DNA of 64,000 nt, taken from a virus. Below the pieces are notes generated by a model. It was given only the letters and a program-made list of their open reading frames with translations, searched no databases and was not told the origin of the DNA. Of this stretch, positions 50,556-59,292 are shown one piece after another. Position numbers and translations under genes: made by a program. The stretch lies in IMG/VR virus record IMGVR_UViG_3300048574_000423, positions 2,732-66,731 of that record. One strand, given 5' to 3'. Numbering within the stretch: the first letter of the stretch is position 1; each line of letters begins with the position of its first letter.

Positions 50556-50587
50556 GTGTACTTCTAAACACAATGAGAGGCGCAACC

Positions 50588-51673
50588 GTGGAACTATACG
50601 TCTATGACGCTTCAATGACCCTGCTCGGGATCATCGACGAGATCGCCTCCCTGGTCTGGACCCGGCGGTACTGGTCGTGCGGGGAGTTCTCGCTGCTCGT
50701 TCCCATGACGGACAAACACGCCTCGCTTTTGAAGCTCGGGCGGATCATCCTCCGACGGGACTGCGACGAGGCAGGACAGATCCGCTATCGGCACATTGCG
50801 AAGGACGCGGACGGGTTGGAGAACATCGAGATCCAGGGGATGTTCCTGACCCACTGGATCGGGAAGCGGCTCATCATCCCCATGATCAGCGTCGAGGTTG
50901 GGACGCACGAACTGCTCGCCCGGATCGTGAACGACAATCTCGTCGCACCGACCGATCCGCGCCGGATGGCGCCGAATTTGGTGATCGACCTTTCGGGGGT
51001 TTTGTCTGAACCCTACGCCTACACCTCCGAAGAATTCGCAAACGCCCTTGACGTGTGCGAGGCGCGGGCGCAGGTGGCGAAGCTCGGGTTCAAGATCACG
51101 ACCGACCCCAGGACGAAGCTCCATACGTTCAGCGTGTACAAAGGAGTTGACCGGACGTCAGGCCAAACGGTAAACCCGATGTGCGTTTTCTCTCCGGACT
51201 TTGACAACGTGCTGGAGCAGGAGTTCTCCGAGTGCGATGAAAACGTTGCCACGGCAATCTACCTGCAGAGCGATTCCACCCTCAGCACCGAGGCGCGGGA
51301 ACCTGTGGAGGTGTCCGACGATTCGAAGGTCGGCCTGGACCGGGTGGAGTTCTTCTATTCCGCTTCTGACATCGCATCCGGCGAACAGAATGTCGATTAC
51401 GCTGCGCTCCTGACGGCAAAGGGGAATTCAGTGCTGGCTGACAAGGTGGAGAACGTCTCGTTTTCGAGCAAGATCAACCCATCTTCTCACCTGAAATATA
51501 AGAAAGATTACGACGTGGGCGACCGCGTGACCTGCCTGAATCGGCGCTGGGGCGTGAAGATTGACGCGCGGATTACGGAGGTCCAGGAGGCTTACGAGAG
51601 CGGGAAGGCCGAGGTGACAATTACGTTCGGGACGTCCCTCCCGATGCTGAGCGACAAGCTCAAATGGAGGTAA
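50588..51673 (+). CDS. Baseplate hub/Tal-like protein (ReqiPepy6 Gp37-like)
   Basis: SLVWTRRYWSCGEFSL, YDVGDRVT...DARITEV.E.YE. Confidence 0.8.
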   Translation: MELYVYDASMTLLGIIDEIASLVWTRRYWSCGEFSLLVPMTDKHASLLKLGRIILRRDCDEAGQIRYRHIAKDADGLENIEIQGMFLTHWIGKRLIIPMISVEVGTHELLARIVNDNLVAPTDPRRMAPNLVIDLSGVLSEPYAYTSEEFANALDVCEARAQVAKLGFKITTDPRTKLHTFSVYKGVDRTSGQTVNPMCVFSPDFDNVLEQEFSECDENVATAIYLQSDSTLSTEAREPVEVSDDSKVGLDRVEFFYSASDIASGEQNVDYAALLTAKGNSVLADKVENVSFSSKINPSSHLKYKKDYDVGDRVTCLNRRWGVKIDARITEVQEAYESGKAEVTITFGTSLPMLSDKLKWR

Positions 51674-51676
51674 CAC

Positions 51677-53080
51677 ATGGCGGAGAAATCGAGCTTTTTC
51701 AATTCGGTGAACGGCGACCGCACCTATGCCGCGGAGGACTGGGCGCGGTATTTCGCCTCGTTTATCGGGAACGGCGTGTTCGGTTCGCCGGGCACGAACC
51801 TTCAAGTCTCCCCCGGAGACGGCCTCGGCGTGACCGTCGCGGCGGGGCTCGCGTGGATCAACGGATACTTCTATGTCAATGACGCCGACCGCACCCTCGC
51901 GCTCGCCACGGCAGACGGCACGCTGCCGCGCATCGACCGGGTGGTGGTCCGTTGGAGCCTGGCGGGCCGCGCGATTGTGGCGGCGGTCAAGACGGGCGTG
52001 GCGGCATCCTCCCCAAGCGCACCGACGTTGCAACGGGATTCCAGCGTATATGAACTCGGGATCGCGGACGTTTACGTCGCGGCGGGCGCGACTGCCGTCC
52101 CGGCCTCCAACATCACCGACCGCAGGAGCAACGTGGCCCTCTGCGGCATCGTCTCCAGCATCGTATCAGAAGCACACACCCACGACCTCGCGGGGAATTC
52201 GCTGACGGGCGTGCTGCCGATCACCAAGGGCGGCACCGGCGCAAGCGATTCCACAGCAGTTCGTGTGGGCCTTGGAATCACTCCGGCCAACATCGGCGCG
52301 TCGGCTACGGATCATACTCACGGACTTGCGGCAGGCTCCCTGACCGGAGTCCTCCCCGTGGCCAAGGGCGGCACGGGCGGCGCTACAACTGCGGAAGCGC
52401 TTGCGAACCTGGGGGCGGCGGCGTCCGGTCACAGCCATACGCTCTCCGACCTGAACGGTGCGCTCCCGGTCGCCAAGGGCGGAACCGGGGCGACCGACGC
52501 GGCGGGTGCGCGGAACAGCCTGGGCGTGACGTTGGAAAACCTCGGCGCGGCGGCATCCGGGCACGCGCACGCGCTTACGGACGCGCAGATCACCGGCACA
52601 CTGCCGCTCGCCAAGGGCGGCACCGGCGCGACCGACGCGGCGGGCGTGCGGAACGCGCTGGGTCTCGGTAATACCTCCGGCTCGCTGCCCATCTCGAACG
52701 GCGGCACCGGTCAGACGACCATCGAAGGCGCGCGGAATGCCTTGGGCCTAGGGAATACCGCTGGAGCATTGCCTGTCGCCAACGGCGGCACAGGCCAGAC
52801 CACCGTTGCGGCGGCGCGGAACGCACTGGGCCTCGGCAATACTTCCGGTGCGCTCCCCATCGCCAACGGGGGCACCGGCGCGACATCGGTGGACGCCGCG
52901 CGGAACGCGCTGGGCCTCGGGAATACCTCCGGTGCATTGCCCATCGCCAACGGCGGCACCGGCGCGACGTCCGCAGCGGATGCCGTCGCAAACCTCGGTT
53001 ATGCCGCCAATTTGGTGATCTATTCCGCCACCGAACCGGCGGTCGTGGGCGGCAAGCTCTGGCTCAAGCCAGTATCGTAA
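51677..53080 (+). CDS. Tail fibre 1 (BppU-like N-domain + GGTG repeats)
   Basis: SFFNSVNGDRTY...PRIDRVVVR N-domain; four HxH-GGTG units and four 28-aa units. Confidence 0.85.
   Translation: MAEKSSFFNSVNGDRTYAAEDWARYFASFIGNGVFGSPGTNLQVSPGDGLGVTVAAGLAWINGYFYVNDADRTLALATADGTLPRIDRVVVRWSLAGRAIVAAVKTGVAASSPSAPTLQRDSSVYELGIADVYVAAGATAVPASNITDRRSNVALCGIVSSIVSEAHTHDLAGNSLTGVLPITKGGTGASDSTAVRVGLGITPANIGASATDHTHGLAAGSLTGVLPVAKGGTGGATTAEALANLGAAASGHSHTLSDLNGALPVAKGGTGATDAAGARNSLGVTLENLGAAASGHAHALTDAQITGTLPLAKGGTGATDAAGVRNALGLGNTSGSLPISNGGTGQTTIEGARNALGLGNTAGALPVANGGTGQTTVAAARNALGLGNTSGALPIANGGTGATSVDAARNALGLGNTSGALPIANGGTGATSAADAVANLGYAANLVIYSATEPAVVGGKLWLKPVS
52646..52981 (+). repeat. 4 x 84-bp coding repeat (ARNALGLGNTSGALPIANGGTGxTxxxA)
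   Basis: Read directly from the sequence and translation. Confidence 0.9.
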
Positions 53081-53092
53081 CGAGGTGCTTCA

Positions 53093-53737
53093 ATGGCTAC
53101 CGCAACCTTCACGGCGACCCTTTTCTCTCGAAGATACAATGCCTCAACCAATTATCTCGCGGACCGTGCCGGGCAGGGAGCGTATGCCTCCACCGGGAAT
53201 CTCGTCGGCATCTGCAACTTCAAGACCCTCGACATGACGAACAAGGTCGTCACCGGGGTCACGTTCATCACGACCTGTGCATCCGAAGCGGGGGCGGGCA
53301 ACTGGGCGACCAAGACGCTCAAATTCACCCAATCCGCCGTGGCCAATCCGACCTCTTCCTCCGGCGGAACCGGCGCATCGTTCGTGGGTGGCGCGCTGGG
53401 GAACCTTTCGGGAACCGACTTCTACAGCGCCAGCAACGTCTCCCGTGTGGTCTCCTCGACCTCGACCCTGTTCACGCGCCTGAAGGCGTACCTCGAAGGC
53501 GGAGCCCACACGCTGGTACTGTATGCCGCCGACTCCACACCGTCCAGCGGATATTCGGACAACTACCTGTACCTCGATGCGCTGAAGATCGTCATCACCT
53601 ACGAAGAAGGGCTCGTCTATTACTGCACGGGCGGTGCATTCATGAAGTGCCAGGTGTTTTACCCCGTGAACGGCGTCTGGGTGCAGTGCATCCCCTATTA
53701 CGGCTCGGGCGGGGCCTGGAATCAGTGCGGAGGATAG
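53093..53737 (+). CDS. Fibre-associated putative receptor-binding protein A
   Basis: Beta-rich Ser/Thr/Gly protein; paralogue of 56092-56751. Confidence 0.6.
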   Translation: MATATFTATLFSRRYNASTNYLADRAGQGAYASTGNLVGICNFKTLDMTNKVVTGVTFITTCASEAGAGNWATKTLKFTQSAVANPTSSSGGTGASFVGGALGNLSGTDFYSASNVSRVVSSTSTLFTRLKAYLEGGAHTLVLYAADSTPSSGYSDNYLYLDALKIVITYEEGLVYYCTGGAFMKCQVFYPVNGVWVQCIPYYGSGGAWNQCGG

Positions 53738-54562
53738 ATGAACATGAGTGATATGTTTAAGAAGGACGTCCAACTCCATGAGCGGGACGCACAGGGGCGG
53801 GATTGGTTGGTGTATCCGCTGCCGCCCGGCGGGTATCCCCTCGCGGTGGAGAAAGGCGGAACCGGGGCGCAGGACATGGCTTCCGCGCGCGCGGCGTTGG
53901 GGATCACGCCCACGAACATCGGGGCGGCGGCGTCCGGCCACAGTCATGCACTCACAGACGCGCAGATCACAGGCACGTTGCCACTCGTGAAGGGCGGTAC
54001 TGGGGCGGCGGATGCCGCAACCGCGCGAACCAACCTCGGCGCGGCGGCATCCGGGCACACACACGCGCTCACGGACGCGCAGATCACAGGCACGCTGCCG
54101 CTCGCGAAAGGCGGGACCGGGGCGACCGACGCGGCGGGCGCGCGGAATACCCTCGGCCTCGGCAACACCTCCGGCGCGCTCCCCATCGCCAACGGCGGAA
54201 CCGGCCAGACGACCGTCGCGGCGGCGCGAAATACCCTCGGTCTCGGTAACACCACGGGCGCGCTGCCCATTGCCAATGGCGGGACCGGGGCGACCGACGC
54301 GGCGGGCGCGCGAAACGCGCTGGGCCTCGGAAACACCACAGGCGCGCTGCCGGTTGCCAACGGTGGAACCGGTGCGGCAACAGTGGACGCCGCTCGAAAC
54401 GCGTTGGGCCTTGGGAATACTTCCGGCGCGTTGCCTGTCGCCAATGGCGGCACCGGCGCTACGGTGGCCAAGACCGCGCTCGTCAACCTGGGCATCTTCT
54501 ACGCCGACACGTTGCCCGCGAGCGGCGTGGACGGGCAGATTTGTTTGGTGCCGGTGGAATAA
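53738..54562 (+). CDS. Tail fibre 2 (same repeats, short N-terminus)
   Basis: HxH-GGTG units and four 28-aa units very similar to those of fibre 1. Confidence 0.8.
   Translation: MNMSDMFKKDVQLHERDAQGRDWLVYPLPPGGYPLAVEKGGTGAQDMASARAALGITPTNIGAAASGHSHALTDAQITGTLPLVKGGTGAADAATARTNLGAAASGHTHALTDAQITGTLPLAKGGTGATDAAGARNTLGLGNTSGALPIANGGTGQTTVAAARNTLGLGNTTGALPIANGGTGATDAAGARNALGLGNTTGALPVANGGTGAATVDAARNALGLGNTSGALPVANGGTGATVAKTALVNLGIFYADTLPASGVDGQICLVPVE
54140..54475 (+). repeat. 4 x 84-bp coding repeat
   Basis: Same unit as 52646-52981. Confidence 0.9.
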
Positions 54563-54575
54563 CGAACTTTTTACC

Positions 54576-54604
54576 TTGAATTGCTGCTTTGCTTCCTGTA
54601 TAAT
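54576..54604 (+). promoter_or_regulatory. Sigma-A promoter of the moron
   Basis: TTGAAT-17-TATAAT. Confidence 0.75.
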
Positions 54605-54643
54605 AAAGAGTGAAAGTGGAGAATTCTGAGGGGGAGCAGTAAG

Positions 54644-55681
54644 GTGAATGATATTGCTTCAGGTGAGTATTCATATATGGATTTGTCGAGTCCCCTTTCA
54701 GAAGAAATATCTCCATATGATACCGAGTACCCTATTAAACTTCTGTCGAACGGCTTAAAGAATGGTCTGGCACTGGCACAGACTGCAGCCAAAGAAGTGT
54801 ATAACGCAGTATTAAAAGAAGCACCTATACTTGCGCAAGCACAGCAGTCCTTAAAGAAGGGCTATAGGTTTGTGGTTGATGCGACCGATAGCACTCTGGA
54901 GGCAATAGACACTGGTAGAATAAAGCTCACGACAGAGAAATCCGGGAAAATGTTTGCACAAATTCGCGAGGCTAACGGGCGCTATGGCTCCAAGCTACCG
55001 ATAAAGAGGGAACTTTTTCGTAAAGGTATAGACCCGGTTCAGATGGCAAATGCACTGCAGATGATAGCTCTTCAAGAACAAATTCAGGGGATTGCTAACC
55101 AAATCAATGTGATTGACCATAGAGTTAGAGAGGTCTTGCAGGGACAGCAGAATGATAGAATAGGGTTGTATTATAGCGGGAAAGCATTGTATTTAGAGTC
55201 AAGGAGCATCGCTGACTACGAAATGAAAAAGCTATTGCTGGCTCAATCATTAGGAGCTTTATCAGATGCTACATTTCAGCTTGCTCTTACGATGCATTCG
55301 GATATACGGTATCTGGCGAATAGAGAATACGAATCTGAAAAAAAGGCCGGAAGAGTGAAGTTGATTGATGAGCGTATGCGCAGCATAAATCGATCCTTCG
55401 CCTTCACACACCAGGCTACAATGCTAAGAGCTGGCATATACTGCAACCAAGGAGAGTTGGCGGCCATGTCAACAGTCCTTAATGAATATTCGCATTTTAT
55501 CGAGAGTACTGTTGCCAAAAACGCTTCTCTACTGTCCCAGTGTGATACAACTGACGATGGCACAGAAGCAGGCGTGTGGAAGTCAAGAACGAGGCTTAAA
55601 CTTGATGTATCTGATTTCGCAAAACAGTTTAATATGCCTGATAGGACGATCTATTTAGGAATTTCTGAGGAGCATGAATGA
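54644..55681 (+). CDS. AT-rich moron hypothetical protein (helical)
   Basis: 345-aa ORF with its own promoter; no family recognised. Confidence 0.75.
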   Translation: MNDIASGEYSYMDLSSPLSEEISPYDTEYPIKLLSNGLKNGLALAQTAAKEVYNAVLKEAPILAQAQQSLKKGYRFVVDATDSTLEAIDTGRIKLTTEKSGKMFAQIREANGRYGSKLPIKRELFRKGIDPVQMANALQMIALQEQIQGIANQINVIDHRVREVLQGQQNDRIGLYYSGKALYLESRSIADYEMKKLLLAQSLGALSDATFQLALTMHSDIRYLANREYESEKKAGRVKLIDERMRSINRSFAFTHQATMLRAGIYCNQGELAAMSTVLNEYSHFIESTVAKNASLLSQCDTTDDGTEAGVWKSRTRLKLDVSDFAKQFNMPDRTIYLGISEEHE

Positions 55682-55986
55682 TGGGCATTGTTAAAGGATG
55701 CATTAATCCAAAATGCGTAGCCAACCAGAAAAGGATCGCCTATAAAAAAGCGGATAATTCTTGTGCCAAATGCGGGAATAAACTCTATTATGTCTGCAGA
55801 AAGTGTTATACGCAGTTGCCTGATGATTCAAAGAAGTATTGTGTCAGGTGCCTTGCTGGGAAAAAGGATCGGAAAGACAGTATTAAAGATAATGTTCTGA
55901 AAATTGGCGGCGTTTTAGCGACTTTTGCCGTTATCGCAGTAGGTCCTGGAAAAAATGTTATCGCTACTTTTTTCAAGCGCAAGTGA
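55678..55986 (+). CDS. Small Cys-rich protein with a C-terminal hydrophobic segment
   Basis: CxxxxC, CAKC, CRKC, CVRC; IGGVLATFAVIAVG; overlaps the upstream stop. Confidence 0.75.
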   Translation: MMGIVKGCINPKCVANQKRIAYKKADNSCAKCGNKLYYVCRKCYTQLPDDSKKYCVRCLAGKKDRKDSIKDNVLKIGGVLATFAVIAVGPGKNVIATFFKRK

Positions 55987-56036
55987 TAATTTGGTTTCAG
56001 TGCTAGGCTATAATATGTTTACTTGTTTGCACCATA

Positions 56037-56063
56037 ACGTCACCCAAAGGGTGGCGTTTTTTA
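56037..56063 (+). terminator. Rho-independent terminator
   Basis: ACGTCACCC-AAA-GGGTGGCGT followed by a T-run. Confidence 0.75.
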
Positions 56064-56091
56064 ATGCCTGCCGCCGGAAGGGAGGGGCCGA

Positions 56092-56751
56092 ATGGCCACA
56101 TTTACCGCCACCGCCAACGGGAGTTCCACCATCGGCTACGCCCAGTATGGCAGCACGACCTGGAACACCGGATCCTCCGATGGCGCGTGTCAGGGTGCGT
56201 ATCAGGCGACATCCTCGTCCGGTTCCCGCGTCGGCGTCATGGTGTTTTCCGGCGCGGGCGCGGCGCTTCAAGGGAAGATCATCTCGCAAATCACGCTCAA
56301 AATTACCTGCTCGGCGGCGGGCTCTGGTTCCAGTTCCAAGAAGCTATCCTTCCGCGAGGCGAAGTACCAGACGCTAAAAACCGGGATCAAGGGGTCCGAG
56401 CAGGTCGGGAATGTACTGGGCACCCTGACGGGAACCTTCTACGACAATACCGTCACACATACCCTGAACGCCACCACCAACGCCGCGCTGTTTGAGGCGG
56501 TCCGGGCGTACCTTGCCGAGGGGAACAGCGCGCTGGTGCTGTATAATGGTGAGACCTCCACCAGCAGCGGCTACTCTACCAACTACGCGCGCGTGACCTC
56601 CTGCGTCATTACCGTAACGTATATGGACGCCACGGTCTGGTATTTCAACGGGACCGCCTGGACGCAATGCGCCGTCTGGTACTGTCTGAACGGAGTTTGG
56701 ACGCAATGCGTGCCTTGGTACAACTCGGGGGGAACCTGGATTCGCGTTTGA
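56092..56751 (+). CDS. Fibre-associated putative receptor-binding protein B
   Basis: Shares QGAY, LG.L.GT.FY, AYL..G...LVLY, SSGYS.NY and NGVW.QC.P.Y.SGG.W with 53093-53737. Confidence 0.65.
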   Translation: MATFTATANGSSTIGYAQYGSTTWNTGSSDGACQGAYQATSSSGSRVGVMVFSGAGAALQGKIISQITLKITCSAAGSGSSSKKLSFREAKYQTLKTGIKGSEQVGNVLGTLTGTFYDNTVTHTLNATTNAALFEAVRAYLAEGNSALVLYNGETSTSSGYSTNYARVTSCVITVTYMDATVWYFNGTAWTQCAVWYCLNGVWTQCVPWYNSGGTWIRV

Positions 56752-56763
56752 ACATCTCTTTTG

Positions 56764-56789
56764 AGCCGTCCGCCATCGGGCGGCTTTTT
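56764..56789 (+). terminator. Rho-independent terminator
   Basis: AGCCGTCCG-CCAT-CGGGCGGCT followed by T residues. Confidence 0.7.
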
Positions 56790-56940
56790 GATACGCCGGG
56801 CCGCCACGGATGACGGCCCGGCGGAAGGTGCTTAGCCACGTGAACATGTGCAGTTTGCAAGATTCACATTTGCATTGTAAGCCCTGTGGACTTCGATTTC
56901 AAGCGCCGGGGGCGCTATTTTTACACGAGAGGTGGATTCC

Positions 56941-57831
56941 ATGAACTACACGGAAATCGCTCAAGGCGCGCGGGATTGGGCGCTGAAAAAGGTGGGCTGC
57001 CGGTACAGCCAGGCGAAACGCACGCAGGAGGATATCTTCGATTGCTCCTCCCTCATCGCGCGCGCTTATAGCGCACAGGGCAAGGCGTGGAAGTACGGAG
57101 GCAAGGTACCGCTCTCCTGCTACGAGGTGTACGACGATGATTTTGAGCTGCTCTGGCCGGAGAGCTACGCCGCCATTGGGAAGAAGTTCGGCAGTTCCTC
57201 CGTCATCGCGAAAGCCACGCAGCCGGGGGACCTACAGTTCCTCTGCACCGAGAAGAACAGTGGACGTGCGAACCGCATCACCCACGTCACGATGGTGGCG
57301 TCCGCCTTGAAGATTGTTCACGCGAGGGGCTCCGCCTACGGCGTCCGAACGGACTCCATCACGCACTACACGGGCAAGGTTTGCGCCGTGGTTCGGTATA
57401 ACCCCGGCTGCGATCTCGTGTTGGGCCACAGAGGGTGCCGGACGGCCGTGATGCAAAAGGCGCTCAACGATCATGGTGCTGACCTGAACGGCGACGGCGA
57501 GTTCGGCGCAAAGACGCTGGCTGCGCTAAAGGCATTCCAGCAAAAGGCCGGGCTGCCCGCCACCGGTAAGGGTGACGTCGCGACGTTGGCTGCGCTTGGC
57601 TTGGCGGCTGCGGTAGAGGTGCCCGCCGACCCAACGCCGACCGAGGGCATCCGCGTCACCGGGGATTTCGTCAACCTCCGCACCGGCCCCGGCACCGTTT
57701 ATGACGCCGTAAAGGTGGCGAGCAAGGATACAGTGCTGACTCCTGCGGCTACTGACGGTTGGCGTCCGGTTCTGGTCGGCGGCGAGGTCTTATGGATCAG
57801 CAAGGAATTCTCGGAGGAAATCAACTCGTGA
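56941..57831 (+). CDS. Endolysin (NlpC/P60 + peptidoglycan-binding + SH3-like)
   Basis: FDCSSL...ITHV; DGEFGAKTLAALKAFQ..AGLPATG; VNLRTGPGT.Y. Confidence 0.88.
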   Translation: MNYTEIAQGARDWALKKVGCRYSQAKRTQEDIFDCSSLIARAYSAQGKAWKYGGKVPLSCYEVYDDDFELLWPESYAAIGKKFGSSSVIAKATQPGDLQFLCTEKNSGRANRITHVTMVASALKIVHARGSAYGVRTDSITHYTGKVCAVVRYNPGCDLVLGHRGCRTAVMQKALNDHGADLNGDGEFGAKTLAALKAFQQKAGLPATGKGDVATLAALGLAAAVEVPADPTPTEGIRVTGDFVNLRTGPGTVYDAVKVASKDTVLTPAATDGWRPVLVGGEVLWISKEFSEEINS

Positions 57832-57844
57832 AAGGGGTCAAACC

Positions 57845-58273
57845 ATGAAGGACGCTTTCTTTTCCACGCTGGCCGCTGTTGGTGCGGGCGTGGCTTCGAC
57901 GCTGCTGGGCGGCTGGGACAAAAGCCTCGAAATCCTGCTCATCTTCATCATCATGGATTACATCACCGGCGTCGGAGCGGCGTTCAAGACCAAGACGCTG
58001 AAATCCTCGACCGGCTTCGAGGGCCTGATGAAGAAGGGCGCGGTCTTCCTGATCGTCATCCTGGCGGCGCAGATCGACCGGATCACCGGCAACGCGGCAG
58101 GCGTATTTCGCACCGCCACATCGTTTTTCTTTGTCGCAAACGAGGGCTTGTCCATCGTAGAAAATGTCGGTGAGATGGGCGTCAAGTTGCCTGGGTTTAT
58201 CACCAGCGCGCTGACCAAACTCAGGGATGAAAACGGCGACACTGAACAGGTCGAGCCTGAAGACCACAAATAA
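57845..58273 (+). CDS. Holin (phage holin 4 family)
   Basis: LLGGWD, MDYITG, NEGLSIVEN...GVKLP; transmembrane segments. Confidence 0.9.
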   Translation: MKDAFFSTLAAVGAGVASTLLGGWDKSLEILLIFIIMDYITGVGAAFKTKTLKSSTGFEGLMKKGAVFLIVILAAQIDRITGNAAGVFRTATSFFFVANEGLSIVENVGEMGVKLPGFITSALTKLRDENGDTEQVEPEDHK

Positions 58274-58404
58274 TCGCGACGCCGCAGGTCCATCAGCCTG
58301 CGGCACTTTTTCGCGGCCTGCATTATTACACTTTTGCAAGAAAACAGAAATGCAAAAAGACAAGCCACTCTCAATTCGGCTATTGGCCGTCATGTGGAGG
58401 TCTT

Positions 58405-58692
58405 ATGCAGTTCATAAGCAGCCCCATCGCCGCCGCCATCGAACGGGCGCAGACTCGTGCAGGGGAACAGGCGGTTCTGGACAGGGAGTATCTGGCGGGC
58501 ATCGCGCTCGCCCGCACGATGTACGCGCAACAGTTGATCGCCGAGGCGGACTACCGGGAGGCGGAATGCCTTCTTTTTTTGAGGTTTCGGCCTCTTGTCC
58601 GCTATGAAAGCCCTTGCCGGTCGGCGGCCTGTCCGGTAACACAGAAGGTGCATACAAAGGAGGGCATCGATCATGACAAGGGAAGAACTTGA
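58405..58692 (+). CDS. SHOCT-like small protein
   Basis: REYLAGIALARTM...LIAEADY...FRPLVRY; RBS GGAGG. Confidence 0.5.
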   Translation: MQFISSPIAAAIERAQTRAGEQAVLDREYLAGIALARTMYAQQLIAEADYREAECLLFLRFRPLVRYESPCRSAACPVTQKVHTKEGIDHDKGRT

Positions 58693-59080
58693 AAAGGCGC
58701 GCCTGCTCCGCGAAACGGGAAAGTCCTACAGCTATATAGCGGATCTTCTTCGGGTTTCGGTCAACACGGTCAAATCCGCCTGTCGGCGCAACGGTTTTGA
58801 GAACTTCAACGACCGGCAGCACTGCATGAATTGCCGCAGGCGGCTGATCAACGCATCCGGTAACCGTCGCACCTTCTGCTCGAACGCCTGCCGTTATCAA
58901 TGGGATTACCGCCACCGCGTGCTGACCGAGCAAAACGCGGAGGCTCGCGTCTGTCCGGTCTGCGGGAAGGAGTTTTTCCATTATCCGTCCGCCGCCCGAA
59001 AGTACTGCTCCCACGGCTGTTACATCGCCGCCCGCTATGGACGGAGGCGAAACGACAAAGGCGAAAGGATCGCGCGGTGA
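58673..59080 (+). CDS. HTH + zinc-finger protein
   Basis: GKSYSYIADLLRVSVNTVKSACRR; CMNC, FCSNAC, CPVCG, YCSHGC. Confidence 0.8.
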   Translation: MTREELEKARLLRETGKSYSYIADLLRVSVNTVKSACRRNGFENFNDRQHCMNCRRRLINASGNRRTFCSNACRYQWDYRHRVLTEQNAEARVCPVCGKEFFHYPSAARKYCSHGCYIAARYGRRRNDKGERIAR

Positions 59081-59292
59081 TGACGATCGAGCAGCGTGAA
59101 CGGCAGATCCGCTATCTGCTGGGCGTGGCGATGGGGCGCAGCTTCCTGTTTCGCGCGCTGATCGACGAGAGCGACTACACGAGGCTGGAAACCGCCTTCG
59201 CGGAGAAGTTCGCACCGCTCGTTCGCTATTGTGAGCCTTGCCTTTCCGAGCGTCCTCTGATAACACTGACGAAAAGGAGGAAGCGCAAATGA
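59080..59292 (+). CDS. SHOCT-like small protein preceding the recombinases
   Basis: RYLLGVAMGRSF...LIDESDY...FAPLVRY; paralogue of 58405-58692. Confidence 0.55.
   Translation: MTIEQRERQIRYLLGVAMGRSFLFRALIDESDYTRLETAFAEKFAPLVRYCEPCLSERPLITLTKRRKRK

Noticed and set aside
22680-50615. Long opposite-strand ORFs (e.g. 24610-26751, 27722-30259, 38955-39971, 40500-41840, 46501-48393)
   Set aside because: Shadow ORFs of GC-rich genes; no recognisable motifs, and they fully overlap well-supported phage genes.
52646-54475. CRISPR-like array
   Set aside because: The repeats are in-frame 84-bp coding units with no unique spacers and no cas genes nearby.
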